DNA of 62,352 nt, the filler included, from Stramenopiles sp. TOSAG23-2 (lineage: Eukaryota), in the NCBI GenBank assembly GCA_900128395.1. It is 29 parts of 29 records of this genome, joined end to end, with 100 filler letters (N's around TTAATTAATTAA, not from the genome) between each part and the next. Parts side by side here need not be neighbours in the genome. Positions count along the whole stretch, not along the records: positions 60,315 to 62,352 come from LT652093.1; 28 more parts are not named here. The stretch is one strand, 5' to 3'. The notes beneath the pieces were generated by a model, which ran no database searches, was not told the origin of the DNA, and saw nothing but the letters and a program-made list of their open reading frames with translations. Numbering within the stretch: the stretch's first letter is position 1; the number at the start of each line of letters is the position of its first letter. Shown one piece after another: positions 61,461 to 62,352 of this stretch. The translations under genes were made by a program, and so were the position numbers.

Positions 61461-62352
61461 TTACTGATGCGGTAAATCCTCTTCTTCTAGTACTACTTTG
61501 TTATCGTCACTGTCATCATCATTTTTAACCCTGTTACTTTTTTGGACTATGTTTTTAACATTTCCAACACCATTACTATCATTGACCTCAATGTTGTTAT
61601 TGGCTGCTTTGTTTTGCTCTTTTAGTTTTTTCATTTTCTCTCTTTTTTGTGTCGCTCGTTCAATTAAATAATCATATGTACCAAATTGTTTTCGAATAAG
61701 ATAACAATGAAATATACATAAAACACCATGTGAGGATAAACCACCAATTGATCCTAAAAACAATAAAATACAACAAACGGTTAACAATACAACATTATCA
61801 CCACCACTTTCATTAGCGGTAAAATTGATCGAAATAAAAGAAATGACCACCAATTGATCCTAAAAACAATAAAATACAACAAACGGTTAACAATACAACA
61901 TTATCACCACCACTTTCATTAGCGGTAAAATTGATCGAAATAAAAGAAATGATTGCAAAAATGCCTTGAAATGTAAATAAAATAGTACTTGTAAAAATAA
62001 CACTAAAAAATCCAACATAATTTCTTGAACCAATTGCTGTATTCATCCAACGACAATAATGATCCATTCCAGGTACTGTTTTTCTTGTAACTGCACAATA
62101 TCTTTTTTTCAAATGAGCCTTCTTAAAACAATACAATGGCAAACAAAGCATCTTCTCGCACTTCGAAGGAGCTAATGCAGCATCTACAGAACTAGTATAA
62201 AACCACGCACCGACTGCAATAGTGCAAAAAAAAGTATATATTGAAAAGTAAACAACATTAAATTTTAAACTTATTCCAAAATAAAATATTACAGCATTAA
62301 TAACATGAAAACATATGACTAATATTTGCCATGCATTTAATGGACATTTTTC
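61461..62352 (-). CDS. DHHC-family palmitoyltransferase with DHYC motif; frameshifted by a 106-nt duplication; 5' partial
   Basis: PLNAWQI, DHYCRWMNTAIGSRNY..F, H.YL....GTYDY. Confidence 0.88.
61740..61951. repeat. Perfect 106-nt tandem duplication inside the DHHC gene
   Basis: 61740-61845 equals 61846-61951. Confidence 0.95.

Noticed and set aside
1-62352. Gene cluster or operon-like system across the window
   Set aside because: Contigs are unlinked and sorted by length, so neighbourhood carries no information

Overview
This window is not one locus. It is a concatenation of 29 unlinked contigs of about 2.04-2.07 kb, sorted by decreasing length and joined by an artificial 100-nt spacer (N44-TTAATTAATTAA-N44), so adjacency across spacers means nothing. 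The DNA is from an AT-rich eukaryote using the standard code, with short GT-AG introns of 94-127 nt, CTAAC branch points and poly-N/S/D tracts. It is most likely a flagellated heterotrophic stramenopile (inferred from a BBS10-like chaperonin, the RNNR..RCFP..H..FCG family and a long-type NDK). Recognisable genes: XPG/Rad2, GH2 glycosidase, BBS10-like, MFS transporter, ankyrin/Tudor proteins, secreted JmjC, GcvH-like, F-box/WD40, RNI-type LRR, secreted nucleoside hydrolase with PAN-like repeats, Agenet, TRP-like channel, DCN1, amidohydrolase, Costars, NDK, kelch and a DHHC(DHYC) acyltransferase. Non-coding signals: one complete TA-flanked MITE; a dispersed repeat that recurs downstream of genes, usually co-oriented with them, and supplies one gene's stop codon; a TACGA(A)GTA mini-hairpin motif concentrated in 3' regions; a strand-biased CCTGG motif upstream of many genes; and short stutter repeats in promoters. 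Several genes are abruptly fused or frameshifted, which fits amplification or assembly chimeras. All family calls are by eye, with no database search.
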